This document shows positions 36,204 through 50,537 of a DNA stretch of 64,000 nt, piece by piece; within the stretch, counting starts at the first letter, position 1; each line of letters starts with the position of its first letter. The notes beneath the pieces were generated by a model. The model was not told where the DNA came from, did not search any database, and saw nothing but the letters and a program-made list of their open reading frames with translations. The DNA is from Octopus vulgaris (lineage: Eukaryota): the NCBI GenBank assembly GCA_951406725.2, contig OX597819.1, forward strand, positions 32,054,001-32,118,000, given 5' to 3'. The position numbers were made by a program, and so were the translations under genes.

Positions 36204-36226
36204 GGATAATTAATATATATACATAT

Positions 36227-36281
<55 letters not shown>

Positions 36282-36950
36282 GAGAGAGAGAGAGAGAGTG
36301 TGAATGTTAGTAATGGCCAGTTCATAGGGTTACCCAGGCTTTCGCCTCCATAAAGAGCTTAACTTTACAAGTTTTCGAACACAAAGGCCAAGCGTAAGGA
36401 ATTGTCTTCCTTAGACCACTATCTAAAATCCACCCTGTCAGCATACGGGTCCCAGGATTTCAGTGGGAACCATCTGAATTATGAAGAAGATCCGAAGATT
36501 TCTGTCCTGGAATTTAGGATGTTCCCCGGGTCAGGGGGGGGGGTTCTTTACTATCCTTGCCTGTTCCACTATCTACAGCTTGCAACGTTTGCTCTCATTG
36601 ATATAGGGACCTGGCTTTTCTAGAATTTTCCATGTGATAATGTGGAGTCCTTTCGTTGTTCAGGCACCAGGCGTGACTGGCCAAGAACGTGTCATAAGGT
36701 CTTTCCGGGATCCTAAACGAGGATTTGTGTCTGGAGAAGTAGTGCTTAAAGGTGTTTCCCGAACACCCGATGCATTTCCAAACACTGCTGTTTCTGTTGT
36801 TGTTGTTGTCGACGCTGTTACTTCTGTTGTTGTTGGTGCTGGTGTTGGCGTCGTTAATACTGGTTTAGGGGACATCATCTATGGCTAAGTTGGTGTTGAC
36901 GCTGTTGTTGTTGTCATTGTTGGTCTCTTCGTTGGTGCTACTATAACCGT

Positions 36951-37338
36951 GGAGGCGCAATGGCCCAGTGGTTAGGGCAGCGGACTCGCGGTCGTAGGAT
37001 TGCGGTTTCGATTCCCAGACCGGGCGTTGTGAGTGTTTATTGAGCGAAAACACCTAAAGCTCCACGAGGCTCCGATAGGGGATGGTGGTGATCCCTGCTG
37101 TACTCTTTCACCACAACTTTCTCTCACTCTTACTTCCTGTTTCTGTTGTACCTGTATTTCAAAGGGCCGGCCTTGTCACTCTCTGTGTCACGCTGAATAT
37201 CTCCGAGAACTACGTTAAGGGTACACGTGTCTGTGGAGTGCTCAGCCACTTACACGTTAATTTCACGAGCAGGCTGTTCCGTTGATTCGGATCAACCGGA
37301 ACCCTCGTCGTCGTAACCGACGGAGTGCTTCCATCCAC
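36951..37338 (+). mobile_element. SINE family C, full length
   Basis: 12-bp TSD gctactataacc at 36937-36948 and 37339-37350. Confidence 0.9.
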
Positions 37339-37429
37339 GCTACTATAACCATCGTCGATGTTTGAGCAGTTGTCGGCGCTATAGTGGTTGCTGTTGCTGT
37401 TATTACTGCTATCATTATCAACCTCAACG

Positions 37430-37560
37430 TTAGTGCCTACCACCTGTATATCATGAATACCATAAAGAAGAAATTCCCTTCAATCCTCTTTGGTCTCTGC
37501 AGAGATGACGCCCTGGCTATCTCCAGAAGGGCTAACGGGCACGCCCTAGATAGGGTTTGT
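37430..37560 (+). pseudogene. Remnant of PLE-type RT catalytic segment
   Basis: HLYIMNTIKKKFPSILFGLCRDDALAI resembles the GLYRDDGL signature of some PLE RTs. Confidence 0.5.
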
Positions 37561-38471
37561 GAATAAAAGTTCGAGAATGGAAGGAATGGAAAAATGTAAA
37601 TAAAGACAACAAAAGTTTCATAGCTAACACAATGTTTGTTACATAACTTATAACACATATTAGTTAATCTTCAGGTCCTATCATAGTCACGTAGAGATGA
37701 ATTATTTATCTTTTATCTTTTACTTATTTCAGTCATTTAACCAAAGAGATCCAAAATCTCTATAAGAGACGAAAGCAGTGTCTACGAAAGTTTAGGTGGC
37801 AATAAACAATACTTCTCGGTAAAGTACATGTTTCGTTCCCGTTACAGCACAACAGCGAAGTTGGTTTGGTTTTAAAATGATTAAGAAATAAAGGGAAAAT
37901 AGTAACGTTTACTATGAATGTATTTACCAACACCTAACTGTTCTGTGCTTATTTTCTCAGGGTTTTCTTTGAATTATCTCCCTTGTTTGCTTATATAGAA
38001 TTTGGAAACGTGCTGGCGGGGTTTTGTCAACTAATTGCAAGGATAAACTCACTCGAATCTTTGCTATTCATTGTATTGTGTACATAAAACTCTTACACCG
38101 CGAAGACTACATTACACATATGAAACTGCACTTTATATACATACATGTGTGTGTGTGCGTGTGTGTGTGCGTGCGTGTGTGTGCATGTATGCATGTGTGC
38201 GTGTTTCTGCATGTATACATCGGCAGAAAAATTACAAGAGTGACTGAAGAGGTAAAATTTTTGAGTATGACAAGAATACCATAAACGAAACTCTTGGCAC
38301 ACGAGCCACTTTTTTAAACTTTTCTGATAATTAATATATATATATGTATGTGTGTGTGTGTGCATGTGTTTGTGTGGTGTGGGTATGTGTGTGTGTGTGT
38401 GTATGTATACTCACTTATTGAGTGCTTTTTTACCGCTTTTTCCACCAAAACTCAATACGTACGTACATGCA

Positions 38472-38547
<76 letters not shown>

Positions 38548-38833
38548 CATAGTGGCACACAGATACACGTGCACATAGATGTGTATATATAAATATGTGT
38601 GTGTATGGATGGATGTAGAAATATGTATTTCCCTTTGTCTCTCTACTCCTCTTTCTGTGTACACAAACACACACACACACACGCACACATATATACATAT
38701 ATTCTATATTATATATCTATATATTTATATATATTTATATATATCTATCTATATATATATATCTATATCTATATATCTATATATATATATGTATGTATGC
38801 ATATATATATATGTACGTATATATATATATATA

Positions 38834-38900
<67 letters not shown>

Positions 38901-39379
38901 ATACATGTAAGAAGACGTTCTACTTTTTGTAATTTAGGTTTGTTCTTGACGTTTGATTTCATTACGTTCAAACCGCGCACACCCATGTGAAGTATTTCGT
39001 GGCAACGCCTTTTAGAATGCTCTAAATTTCGGTCATAAAACTAGGCACACCTCAGCCATCCCCTACATCGATGCTAAACATATATACGCGCACACACATG
39101 CACACTCACACACACACACACACACACACACAGGCGCGCCCGCATGTGTATATACATAAATGCACACACATATATACATACATGCATACACATACGCACA
39201 CGTATCTAATGTACATACCTTTCTCAGATATTTGATACTTCTCTGATAAAGTCACTACTCTGTTCTTCTGTCGTTTCCGAGTCCTGCTATATTTATATAT
39301 ATATATATATTGGTAAAAACGGTAAGATAACAAGAGAAAGAAAGAGGCCTCAATATTATGTAAATAGAGGAAATTTATC

Positions 39380-39786
<407 letters not shown>

Positions 39787-39836
39787 AAATATTGAATTTC
39801 TAAATCTCTCGTAGAGACATGTACGGTGGTGGGGCG

Positions 39837-40102
39837 ATAGAATGGTTGTATACTGTCAATCTAACAAGAACGTGACAGTAGGGGGTACACCACCGTTGTA
39901 TAGCCCTAGGAGGCATCGAACGCCTCCTTATAGCTTCGACACATTTTTTTCCCTGTGTCCTTATATACATATATATATGTATATAAGGACACAGGGAAAA
40001 AAATGTGTCGAAGCGATCAGGAGGCGTTCGATACCTCCTAGGGCTATACAACGGTGGTGTACCCCCTACTGTCACGTTCTTGTTAGATTGACAGTATACA
40101 AC

Positions 40103-40110
<8 letters not shown>
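39837..40110. repeat. Near-perfect spacerless palindrome centred on (AT)n
   Basis: About 3 mismatches; the same peptide MVVYCQSNK appears on both strands in the ORF track. Confidence 0.95.
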
Positions 40111-40139
<29 letters not shown>

Positions 40140-40301
40140 TGCTCCAGCATGGTCATACTCAAATGACTGAAACAAGTAAAAGAGTAATGATGAAACCGGA
40201 TGATAACTGTCCTTTGTTGAACAGCGAGCAACGAACCAAAATGACCTGGATAGCCTGCAGGGTGAATTGTGAAAAATCCTCCATAATTTCCAATCATAGT
40301 A

Positions 40302-42083
40302 CGGTAATCCCTCGCCGTATCCTGGTTCACCTATCATGCCCTCAGTACATCGCGTATTATTCTGGCTATTGTATGTAAATTTATATCGCGGACTTCTCAG
40401 TATATCGCAGATATTCTGTTGCCGATAGGTATTTGTATTCTTTTAGATTTTAATTATTTCTGTAGTAAAATAAGCATTTTCGCGCCTAAAAATCAATAAA
40501 TTGATAAATAAAAATGCAGTACAGTACTGCAATGTATAACACATTAATTAAAAAATATTAAAAGAAAATACGTAGTGTACCGTAGATTAGTAAACAAAGA
40601 ATCGCATATACTGTATGGAAAATGAATCTCGGGGGGCAAGTGTGTTGTGTTGCTTGGCATGTATAGTAAAATAAATAATATCAGGTTGAGTAAAAAGTAA
40701 GCAACGTTTTGAAACATGAAATTCATCACAATATATTTCAACAATGCGGATATTATATTTATCAAAATAAGTACCATTACAATCAGCACATTTTTGCCAA
40801 CGAGTTACAAGTTTATTTATTCCGGTAATATAAAAATCTTGAGTTCTGGAGCTTGATGGACTCTTTGAACGCACTTTCAGCATCGGTTTTATTTTTGAAG
40901 TCCTTATCTTGCAGGAAAACCTCGAAGTGCTTGGAAAAGTGCTAGTCGGTAGGAGAAAGGTCTGGGAAATAAACGGGGTATGGAAGAACTTCATAGCCAA
41001 GTTTCCTCAACCTCTGGAGCATTATTAGTGAAACGTGTTGTCGAGCATTGTTAGGAAGAATGATTGGAATTCTTCTGTTGACCAGTTTTGGGCGGAAGGG
41101 GCAAAAGCTTTTCGTTCATTTTGGTAATTCTATAGCAATATGTTTCTGCAGTAATGGTTTTCTCGGATTTTAAGAAGTTGTAGTGGATGAGTCCAGCAGT
41201 ACATTACCAAACAGTCACCATAACCTTCTTTTTGAAGAGCTTGGGTTTAGGGAAGGTTTTCGGTACTTCAATTTGGTCCAAGCACTGCGAGGAACGCTTT
41301 TTATTATTGTACAGAATCTACTTTTTGTCGCGAGTTACAATACAATCGAGAAATGGATCGGTCTGGTTACGGAGAAAGAGTGACAAGCAAATTTCATATC
41401 TGCGCATTTTCGGATTTTCATTCAAATCGTGTGGTACCCATTTGTTGAGCTTTTTTGATTTTCTGATGGTATGCAAATGGTTGCAGGCGGTTTTTTTTTT
41501 TGGCTAACTTGAAGTTCTTTTGCCAGTTCTCGGGTGGTTTTACGTAGATCTTTTTTAATGACGATCTGTAATTGACGGTCATCGATGACAGATGGGCATC
41601 CACTATGCTCACGATCTTCAAGGCTCAGGTCTCCACTGCGAAATCGTTTAAACCATTTTCGAGCTGACCACTCACTGGTCATTTCCTCACCAAACGTTTC
41701 GTTGATGTCACGAGCAGTTTAAGCTGCTTTACGTCCTTTTTTGATGTTGAATAGCAAAATTGCTCGAATATCGCTCTTTGACAGTTCCATTTCAGATGAT
41801 TTATAACAACGGTGAAAAAAAATATCCTTGTTAAATTATTGATGCCATTGGGCAAGTCTATGTCTGCATTATCAGACAATTGCAAAAAAGAAATGTTTTA
41901 AAAAATTCAAAACTCTGCAAAAATCCGCTACAAATTCATCATGGTTTAAAACGTTGCTTACTTTTTACTCAACCTGATACAAATTATAAAAATAATAATA
42001 AATATACTGTTCAGTACTGTTTCTACTTCACCTGTCGCGCGGGGTTTTGGAACGTAGTATCTTCGATAGTTGAGAGATTACTG
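40302..42083. mobile_element. Old pogo/Tigger-like non-autonomous element hosting a mariner
   Basis: TA|cggtaatccctcgccgtatc ... gatagttgagagattactg|TA inverted ends. Confidence 0.55.
40681..41977 (-). mobile_element. Full-length (~1.3 kb) defective mariner transposon
   Basis: TIRs tcaggttgagtaaaaagtaagcaacgtttt, TA TSD. Broken transposase MELSKSDIRAILLF...WFKRFRSGDLSLEDREHSG...GINKLVTRWQKC at ~41790-40757. Confidence 0.92.
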
Positions 42084-42439
42084 TAAACATCTGAGGACCA
42101 TTCTTCATGTTTGGTTTCTTTCGCAGAAACCTTAAGTTCATAGCACCGGCAACCTATTGTGACGTGCTTACTCAATAATTACATTTTTCGATTAGATGGA
42201 CTAAAGCTGTTTTGTCTTGGTTGAAGTCTTTCTCTCCACCTCTCTGTCTGTATATCTGTCTGTCTCTCTGTCTGTCTTTGTCTGTCTGTCTCTGTCTGTC
42301 TGTCCGTCTCTCTCTGTTCCAGGAATCGAAAGCATATCTCTGATCCAGAAATCGAAACCGTGAGCTCAATACCATTCACAACTGAGCTTGCGAGTAAATT
42401 TGGTAGATAAAAGTTGATATGGAATCCTTAGTGTGTATG

Positions 42440-42790
42440 TATGATTATGTGAAAGTATGTGCGTGCGTGAGGGTGTTTGTGTGTGCGTGTGTGTGTGTAT
42501 GCGTGTATGTGTGTGTGTGAGTGTGCATGCACGCGTGTGCGTTGTGTATGTGCGTACGTCTGTATATATGCGTCGTGTGTGTGTATTCGTGTGTGTATGT
42601 GTGTGGGTGTGTGTGCGTGCATGTGTGTGTACGTGCGTGTGTGTATGTGTGTGTACGTGTGTGCGTATGTATTTGTGTATGTGCGTATGTATTTGTGTAT
42701 GTGCGTGTGTGTGCGTGTGTGTGTGAGTGCTTGTGTGTGTATGCGTGTGTGTGCGTGTATGTGCGTGTGCGTGTGTGTGTGTGTGTACAT
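42440..42790. repeat. Degenerate (GT)n
   Basis: Direct. Confidence 0.9.
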
Positions 42791-43999
42791 GTTTGTCCAT
42801 ATCCCCATTTGATAACTGATGTTGGTTTGTTTATGACACTGTAACTTATCTCCGTAACTTATCGTCAATAGATAGAATAAGCACAAGATTTAAAAAAAAA
42901 ATGTGTAGCGAGATCGAGTTCTTCTACTAACCCCCTTCAAGACGCTCCCCAAGAATGGAAGATAAAAATATATTACATCCATCCCTCACCACATATATAC
43001 GATGATAGGGGTTGATTTTAGGGTGGTTTGTCTCTTATTTCTATCTGTTTGAGCAACCCGGTGATGACGCTTTTATTTGCTCAATGGTATTGCTCTTGTT
43101 CACTGTCGTGGAGGTACATGGATATACACCCAGGCGTGTATGTGTAACGTTGTGTATTTGCCTTATAGCGATTATGCATCCGCCATGTTATTGAACTGGT
43201 TTAAATTTGGCAATTTGATGTTGGAATATTACCTGCTTTATTGATCTTCTACTATGGTAGCCATTGTTGTGCTGAATTATCTAATATTGCTGCACACATC
43301 TTCTACCTCACCAATTCTCTCGTTGACTTAACCAACTCACCATATTTCTACTAGGTATGCCAATTTCACTATGACCAAATATATCAGCAACAATGAATTC
43401 ACAATTGCTGCCATCAGTATTAAATTTTCATAAGGAAACACCGCTACAAATTGATATCGAAAGTATGCTACAAACTTTTGGTCTCCAAGTGCAGATGATA
43501 TCTTGTAGGATCGCAAAACAACCGATGACGATAAATTCATCGACGAATCGAGGAAATGGTAGACAGACAATATAAGAGGTATTTTCAAAATTCATGCATC
43601 AGTCACTCTGGAATAGAAAATAAAATATTTGGCTGTGTATCTCGAAGAAGAAATCTATACACTTACGTAACAAAATATCAAGCCTCTACCGAAAGAGCAT
43701 TATAAGAAACGGAAGGACCCAGATATCATTATAGTGACGTCGTTGAAATGTTCAATCCCAAGAATCAGCAGTCGATCTTTTTAAAATCTTTTAAAAATCA
43801 GCAGTCGATCTTTTTTTTATCTTTTACTTGTTGAAGTCATTAGACTGTGGTCATGGTGGAGCACCGCAAATGGAGCTTTGCTCCAGCATTTTAGCGCCTA
43901 TTTGTAGCAATGTAGGTGTTATTCACACCCTTAGTCAAGTTTAGTTGACGACTATAATATATATTTGGAAATGAATGTGTGGCGTTCAATCAAATGATA

Positions 44000-44039
<40 letters not shown>

Positions 44040-44079
44040 TAGATAGATAGATATATACATATATATATATATATATGTT

Positions 44080-44146
<67 letters not shown>

Positions 44147-44148
44147 GT

Positions 44149-44208
<60 letters not shown>

Positions 44209-45320
44209 TAAAAAAACTTGATTTGGGGACGTTGGGCAGCTCGCGTAAGATAGCTATGGCAGCATCTGGCTACGCAGGCCCCCCTCAGACACAAGTATCC
44301 ACTGCCTGCTACTGTCGCTCACTCAGTCACTTTCAAGCATCAGTTAGTTGCGTTTCAATCAAAATAGTTGTTGAAAAATATAAATCCGACATACGACGAG
44401 ATCGACTTACGACCTGTCAGCCGGAACGGAGTTCGGTCGTCGGCTTCTCTCAGTTTCCATTTACCCAACCCACTCACAAGGCTTTTTGTCGTCTTGAGAG
44501 ACTACAGTAGAAGAGACTTGTCCAACGCGCCTGCAGTAGAACTGAACCCCTGGAACCACGTCGTTTGGAAGCATGCGTCATACCACACAGCCACGCCTAC
44601 GTATTTCTTTTCTTATTTTTCACTTGGTAGTTAGAGTAAGAAGGACATTACCCTAGTTACTGAGAATGTGGTGGTGGTGGGGGGAACAGACTAGAAATTT
44701 GCTCCGAATAATTTAACAGAATATATTCCTCCAAAAAACCCAAGGATCAGGTGTTGTTAAACCGGACTACGATTTAAGTCAGTCGTCTAAGAAGAGCAGC
44801 AGCCCAGTCAATTGGGACGGAAAGCAGCAGCCCAGTCAATTGGGACGGAAACCAGCACAGTTTCTATCTCATAACTTTGTCTCTTAAAGTTATTGTTAAC
44901 CTAATACTATGGTAGCATACACATCCTCAAAGTGGTGTGTATACAGATTAAATGTGAAATCCTGTAGTTCAACAACAAACATGTCTGTGCTGACAAAGAT
45001 TTTATGCCCCGCCCCCCAAAAAAAAAAACAAACAAACTGAAGAACCATGATGGAACCAACGCAGTCTTCTTTGTCGCTGAACTTGTTAGAAATAGAAGCC
45101 TAATCTTCCTCAACTAAATTTTTTCTGTCTTTTCTTTTTAAAAACTAAAGAGTATATCAGTAAAGTCCTTTGTACACTGAGCTTGAACAGGAGACACTGT
45201 TCACGGGTAGAATGTTTTTGCTGTTGATTTTACTTGAGCTGGTTCTAAACAATATAAAACGGGGAAACCATTATCGGTCAGTTAACCCGCAAGAAATAAC
45301 AACCAAATTCTTTGCAATCA

Positions 45321-45712
45321 GGTGTAGGAGTGGTTATGTGGTAAGTAGCTTGCTTACCAACCACATGGTTCCGGGTCAGTCCCACTGTGAGGTACCTTCT
45401 ACTATAGCCTCGGGCCGACCAAAGCCTTGTGAGTGGATTTGGTAGACGGAAGCTGAAAGAAGCCCGTCGTATATATATATATGTGTGTGTGTATATGTTT
45501 GTGTGTCTGTGTTTGTCCCCCCCATCAACATCGCTTGACAACCGATGCTGGTGTGTTTATGTCCCCCGTAACGCAGCGGTTCGGCAAAAGATATTGATAG
45601 AATAAGTACTAGGCTTACAAAGAATAAGTCCTGGAGTTGATTTGCTCTACTAAAGGCGGTGCCCCAGCATGGCCACAGTCAAATGACTGAAACAAGTAAA
45701 AAGGTAAAAGAG
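45321..45712 (+). mobile_element. SINE family A
   Basis: Homology to family A. Confidence 0.85.
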
Positions 45713-46277
45713 TAGAATAGTAATCACATCTTACTGTCTTTTAAACAGACAGAAATATCGTGCAATAATAATCATAGATTTACAAACAGACGGAATTGTC
45801 ATGGTTGAAACGCTGGTGATCATAACTATCAGCCACAGCAGTAGCAGCAGAAGCTGCAGCAACAACACCAATAACAACAACAACAACAACAATAATAATA
45901 ATGATTGTCAGAATCGGTATAATTATTGTGTTCACACCAACTGGACTCTGTTATATCAGCACCTTGTGGCTATGGAACGTTTCTCACATTTATGACATCG
46001 CTACTAATACCATGATAAAAAAAACATTCAGATTTAAAGTGTTCGTATTCAAATTGAAACCTTTCGAAAACGATTTTCTGTCAGAATCTTGTATTAAATT
46101 AGTATGGGAAAATGTAGTTAATTTTTTTTATTAAATCTCTCTAAATTCTATTAATTTGGCGACTTCAGTCGAGTCAGACATCACAATTCTCAGAAAGTAC
46201 AATCCTGCATTACGACAAGATAAAGCTCCCAATGATATTTGTGTTCTAGATCAATTAACTAAGAAAAAGGATTCCGT

Positions 46278-46602
46278 TTGGTCACGAATGACAATGGGAT
46301 TGCACCTAGAAACTTCCCCTTTGAGGCACAAGTCCAGGTAAGATTGTTTAGGGTAGACCAGCAGTCGCCCATGCATGCGAATCTCCCTTGTCCACGCGAC
46401 CATTGTTATCCAAGTGAAAGGCAAAGGCAGATACAGCTTGGCACTTGTGACATCGCAACTCATTCCCGCAACTGAGCTCTCTGGAGCAATATGGAATAAA
46501 GTGTCTTGCTCAAGAACACAACACACAACCTGGTCCGAGAATCGAACTCACTACCTCAGGATTGTGAGCCCGACACTCTACCCACTGAGCTATACGCCTT
46601 CA
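46278..46602 (-). mobile_element. SINE family D
   Basis: Homologous to 731-1020. Confidence 0.7.
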
Positions 46603-46687
46603 CTATCAATTAATAATAAAGCTTACCTTTTCATATCTAATTTATACAAATGCCCGCGTCACTGCGTCACATATAAATCATACAGTG

Positions 46688-47000
46688 AAGGCGCATGGCT
46701 TAGTGATTAGGATATTCGGATCACGATTGTAAGGTCATCAGTTCGATTCCCGGGAAAGTGTTGTGTCCTTGAGCAAGACACTTTATTTCACGTTGCTCCA
46801 GTCTACTCGTCTGACAAAAACGAGTAAAACCTGTAATTCAAAAGGGCCGATCATGTCACATTCTGTGTCACGCCGAATCTCCCTGAGAACTACGTTAAGG
46901 GTACGCGTGTCTGTGGAGTGCTCAGCCACTTGCACGTTAATTTCACTCAGTTCTGTTGGTCGGATCAATTGGAACCTTCGTCGTCGTAACCGACGGAGTC
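46688..47000 (+). mobile_element. SINE with D-like head (gtgtccttgagcaagacac) and family C tail
   Basis: The 3' ~170 bp matches the tail of 36951-37338. Confidence 0.7.
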
Positions 47001-47229
47001 CCAGTTCAATCATACGATTCACCATCAGTGTTTTCCTTTTTTCTGACACACCATCTCCAGGTGATTGTCAGTCAAGAACTCACTATCTGCCGGTGAGCCA
47101 TGTTCACTCTTTATTTCAACATTGCTTTTCATTGGGTATCCACGACCATTGATAGCGGTTCATTCTAGATACCATTAACGTGAAGGCACTGGGCTCGTAT
47201 CAGACTTGGTCATTACAACCTGAAATAAT

Positions 47230-47622
47230 GGTTTCAAGTTTTGGCCCAAGACCAGCAATTTCGGGGGTAGGGGTGGAAGGGGCTAAATCAATCATATCAA
47301 CCCCAGTATTTGACTTGTACTCAATTTATCGACCTTGAAAGGATAAAAAGCAAAGTGGTCCTGCCGGAATTCAAACTCAAAACGTAATGACAGACGAAAT
47401 GTCGCTAAGCATTTTGCCCGGTCTGCTATCGACTCTGCCAGCTCGCCGCCTTATTACGCCCTGAAATATTTGTTTCATATTTTGCAAAAAGGCGGCCATT
47501 TTGGAATAGGGGATGAGTCGATTAAATCGACCCCAGTGTTTCACCGGTAATTAATTTGACCTTGGCTGAATTTGAACTCAGAACGTAACGACGGGCGAAA
47601 TACCGCTAAGCATTTCGTCTGG
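47230..47622 (-). mobile_element. Two diverged SINE family B copies
   Basis: Homology to family B. Confidence 0.65.
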
Positions 47623-48299
47623 TGACAAATATTATACCCCATTAATTAACATTCCTTAGAATTATGGTAAGAAAACGGTTAAGTTGTCGGTTAAATACTG
47701 CTAGATACTGGTCAGAAAGCAGACCAGTTTTGTTACGAATCACTGATCACGTGACATTTCTGTTCCATTTTGAAAATTCGTTTTAGTCATTGTACATTAT
47801 TTATTCTGGATCAGCTGGTTTTATATAAAACATATTACCGAGTAAACTGAGTCATAGTACAAAAAGATTATAGGGTCGTCTCGCTTGAAAACTGGAATTT
47901 ATCAAAAAACTTTCTAAAGATTTTACGCTTAGATTCTGGCGCTATGATAAACCAACGGAACCAGAAACATTTAGATCACTTCTTTCTGTCTTCATTTCTT
48001 CCCTTTTACTTTCTTTCTTTCTATTTTTCTTTCCTTCTTTGTTTGTTTGTTTGTTTGTTTCTTTGTTTGTTTGTTTCTTTGTTTCTTTCTTTGTTTCTTT
48101 GTTTCTTTCTTAAAAATCGACTGTGGTCAAACCCGGAGAAGGACACCAAGACCTGCTGTATATTCGATTATATTTTAAATTCCATTGGTGGAAAAACTTT
48201 TTTGGTTTTGATGAGAGGGTATCAGAGGGAGAGAGGTCCGGGGAACAAGGCGAGTGAGGGATTTTTTCCCAGAAAATTCTTTTATTTTTTCTGATGTAA

Positions 48300-49219
48300 T
48301 CTTTGCAATGTGGGGTCTAGCATTATCACAAGGAAACACACCGTACGATTCGCAAAGCAGCCTTTTTTCCCTTCAAAGCAGCATCCAAACGCTTTAATTG
48401 TTGGCAGTAGATGTGAGTAGTAATTGTTTCATTAATTCTTAGCTGCTCAAAGTGGATGGCTCCAATGCAATCTCAACAAACAAAAAGAAAAACCTTTTCA
48501 CAGAGAGGTTCTTTTTGGGTTGTGGTTTAGTATATTCTCCACCACTAAGCCATTGCCTGCGTTGTTTAACATTTTCATAAAAATCAGTTTTTCATCATCA
48601 GTCACTAATCTGTCCAGAAGTGATGAGATATGTACACGAGAGTGAAAAGATGAGCAGTTGTCCACTCCTGATTTTCGGTTGTCTTCTGTCAAATCAGAGA
48701 TAACCCATTTTCCAAGTTTGAGCACTTTTCCAAGTTGCTGAAGATGGCAGTGAACTGTTGAATTGCTAGAATTGAGCTTCCTTGCTAATTCTTCAACTGA
48801 TACAGTACTATCCTTCTCAAGCTTATCATCAAATTCAATAGGGTGTCCTATTCGCGGCCTCTCTCTCTTAGGCTGAAATCGCCATTTCTGAACTTTGCAA
48901 ACCATCTGCAACTTCTTTCGTTTAAGCTCTCTTCCCCATAAACAGAATGGATATCTCGGGTTACTTATACTGCAGTGTTTCCGTTTTTGAACTCATAAAG
49001 CATTATGTGCCTTAAACGCTGCTTCGATACGTCCATCGTTGAGGGGTTAATATTAGCAATTAATTCAGTCAGATTATTCTGTAGAAAGAAATTATATTAA
49101 GTTAAAGGTTTCGAAAGTCGTATGAGTATCAACCAACACTATTTAACATTTCAGAGTACTGTAAAATTTGATAGAAATTACATATATATTTCTAGCATTA
49201 TTTATGGAATGACCTGATA
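48300..49219 (-). mobile_element. Degraded mariner transposon, 5' two-thirds
   Basis: VEELARKLNSSNSTVHCHLQQLGKVLKLGKWV...RLVTDDEKLI, a WVPHEL/TGDEKW-like region; TIR-like ttatggaatgacctgata. Confidence 0.8.
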
Positions 49220-49227
49220 TATATGCA

Positions 49228-49389
49228 GGTGTGTGTGTGTGTGTGTGTGAAGAAGCTTGCTTCCCAATCACATGATTCCGTGTTCAGTCCCGTTGAGTGG
49301 CATCTTGGGCAAGCGTCTTCTACTGTAGCCTCAGGCCGACCAAAGCCGTGTGAGTGGATTTGGTAGACGGAAACAGAAAGAAACCTGAC

Positions 49390-49423
<34 letters not shown>

Positions 49424-49655
49424 GGGGGTATATTTATGTGTGTCTTCGTGTCTGTTTTTGTTCACCTGCCATCGCTTGACAACCGATGTTGGTGTATTTA
49501 TATCCTCGTTACTTAGCGGTTCGGCAAGAGGAATCGATACAAAAAGTACCAGGCTTACAAAGAATGAGTCGTGGGGTCTATTTCTTCAATAAAAAAAACC
49601 CCTTTAGGGCGGCGCTCTAGCATGGCCAAAGTCAAATGACTGAAACACGAAAAAG
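49228..49655 (+). mobile_element. SINE family A, diverged
   Basis: Homology to family A. Confidence 0.78.
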
Positions 49656-50498
49656 ACTATTTATACACTGTTTGAATTGGAGGGACACGACTGGAATTAC
49701 ATTAAACCATATTGTTTGCTTGATCGGAACTGACCCGGGATTAAACAACAACAATAACAACAACAGATGATTCTCAAAAATAACGAATGAATTAAGCAGA
49801 TGAAGAGACAACGCATGATATCCTCCATTAAACAGACCGATATGATGGAAGATGTTAAAAGAGATAGAGAAAGTACAGCCAAGATATGAAACGTGTAATA
49901 CAAGTATCCACTTGGTGATAGATTACGCTTGACGGTTAACACTATTAATATAATGTTTATACCGGGGCTTATAGAGACATTATATTTAACAGTGACACTA
50001 TTAATATAATGTATACACAGGGGTTTTAGTCGGAGGTTAACTCGATATCTTGATGCTCTGCCTTCAACTGGAAACTGGTTAGGGTCAATGGTGTGACTCT
50101 TCTCTTCACCTTCTTGCTAAACCATAACAAATAGTTGCCAGTGCAGTGAAGGAAGACATAAGCAGATAGAGAGAATTCAATCCGCCATTCGTCTTTGATT
50201 TGTCTTTGCAAGTATTTCAGCTGCTTTGCTATTAGTATCGTATCTCCTAATGTTATATTCTCTCTGAGGTTAAATAGGAGCTAATCACCTATTGATGAGT
50301 GATGCCTTTGATCCCGAAAGGTCAATTGACTGATTCAACTTATTGCAATATCTCCCTGTATACACATATGATATGAAGATTTATATATATATGTACAAAT
50401 ATATGTATATACACACACATATATATATATATGTACAAATATATATATATATATATATGTACAAATATATGTATATACACACACATATATATATATGT

Positions 50499-50537
<39 letters not shown>

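Noticed and set aside
36660-36878. Mucin-like Thr-rich exon on the minus strand
   Set aside because: Two in-frame stops and a SINE insertion upstream; no clear splice sites.
36951-37025. tRNA-Arg-like sequence (also ~13200, 31490, 54820, 55930, 56180)
   Set aside because: Heads of multicopy SINEs with attached bodies and TSDs; no properly paired acceptor stem.
38238-38300. CTGAAGA...GAAAC hammerhead candidate
   Set aside because: No stem I or NUH, and 6 extra nt before GAAA.
42085-42145. CTGAGGA...GAAAC-cttaa-GTT hammerhead candidate
   Set aside because: Stems I and II do not close properly.
43330-43680. Possible transposase relic
   Set aside because: Coding-like composition but no recognisable motif, and multiple stops.
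44795-44850. ~28-bp direct duplication (similar at 43762-43815 and 49935-50030)
   Set aside because: Ordinary local slippage duplications.
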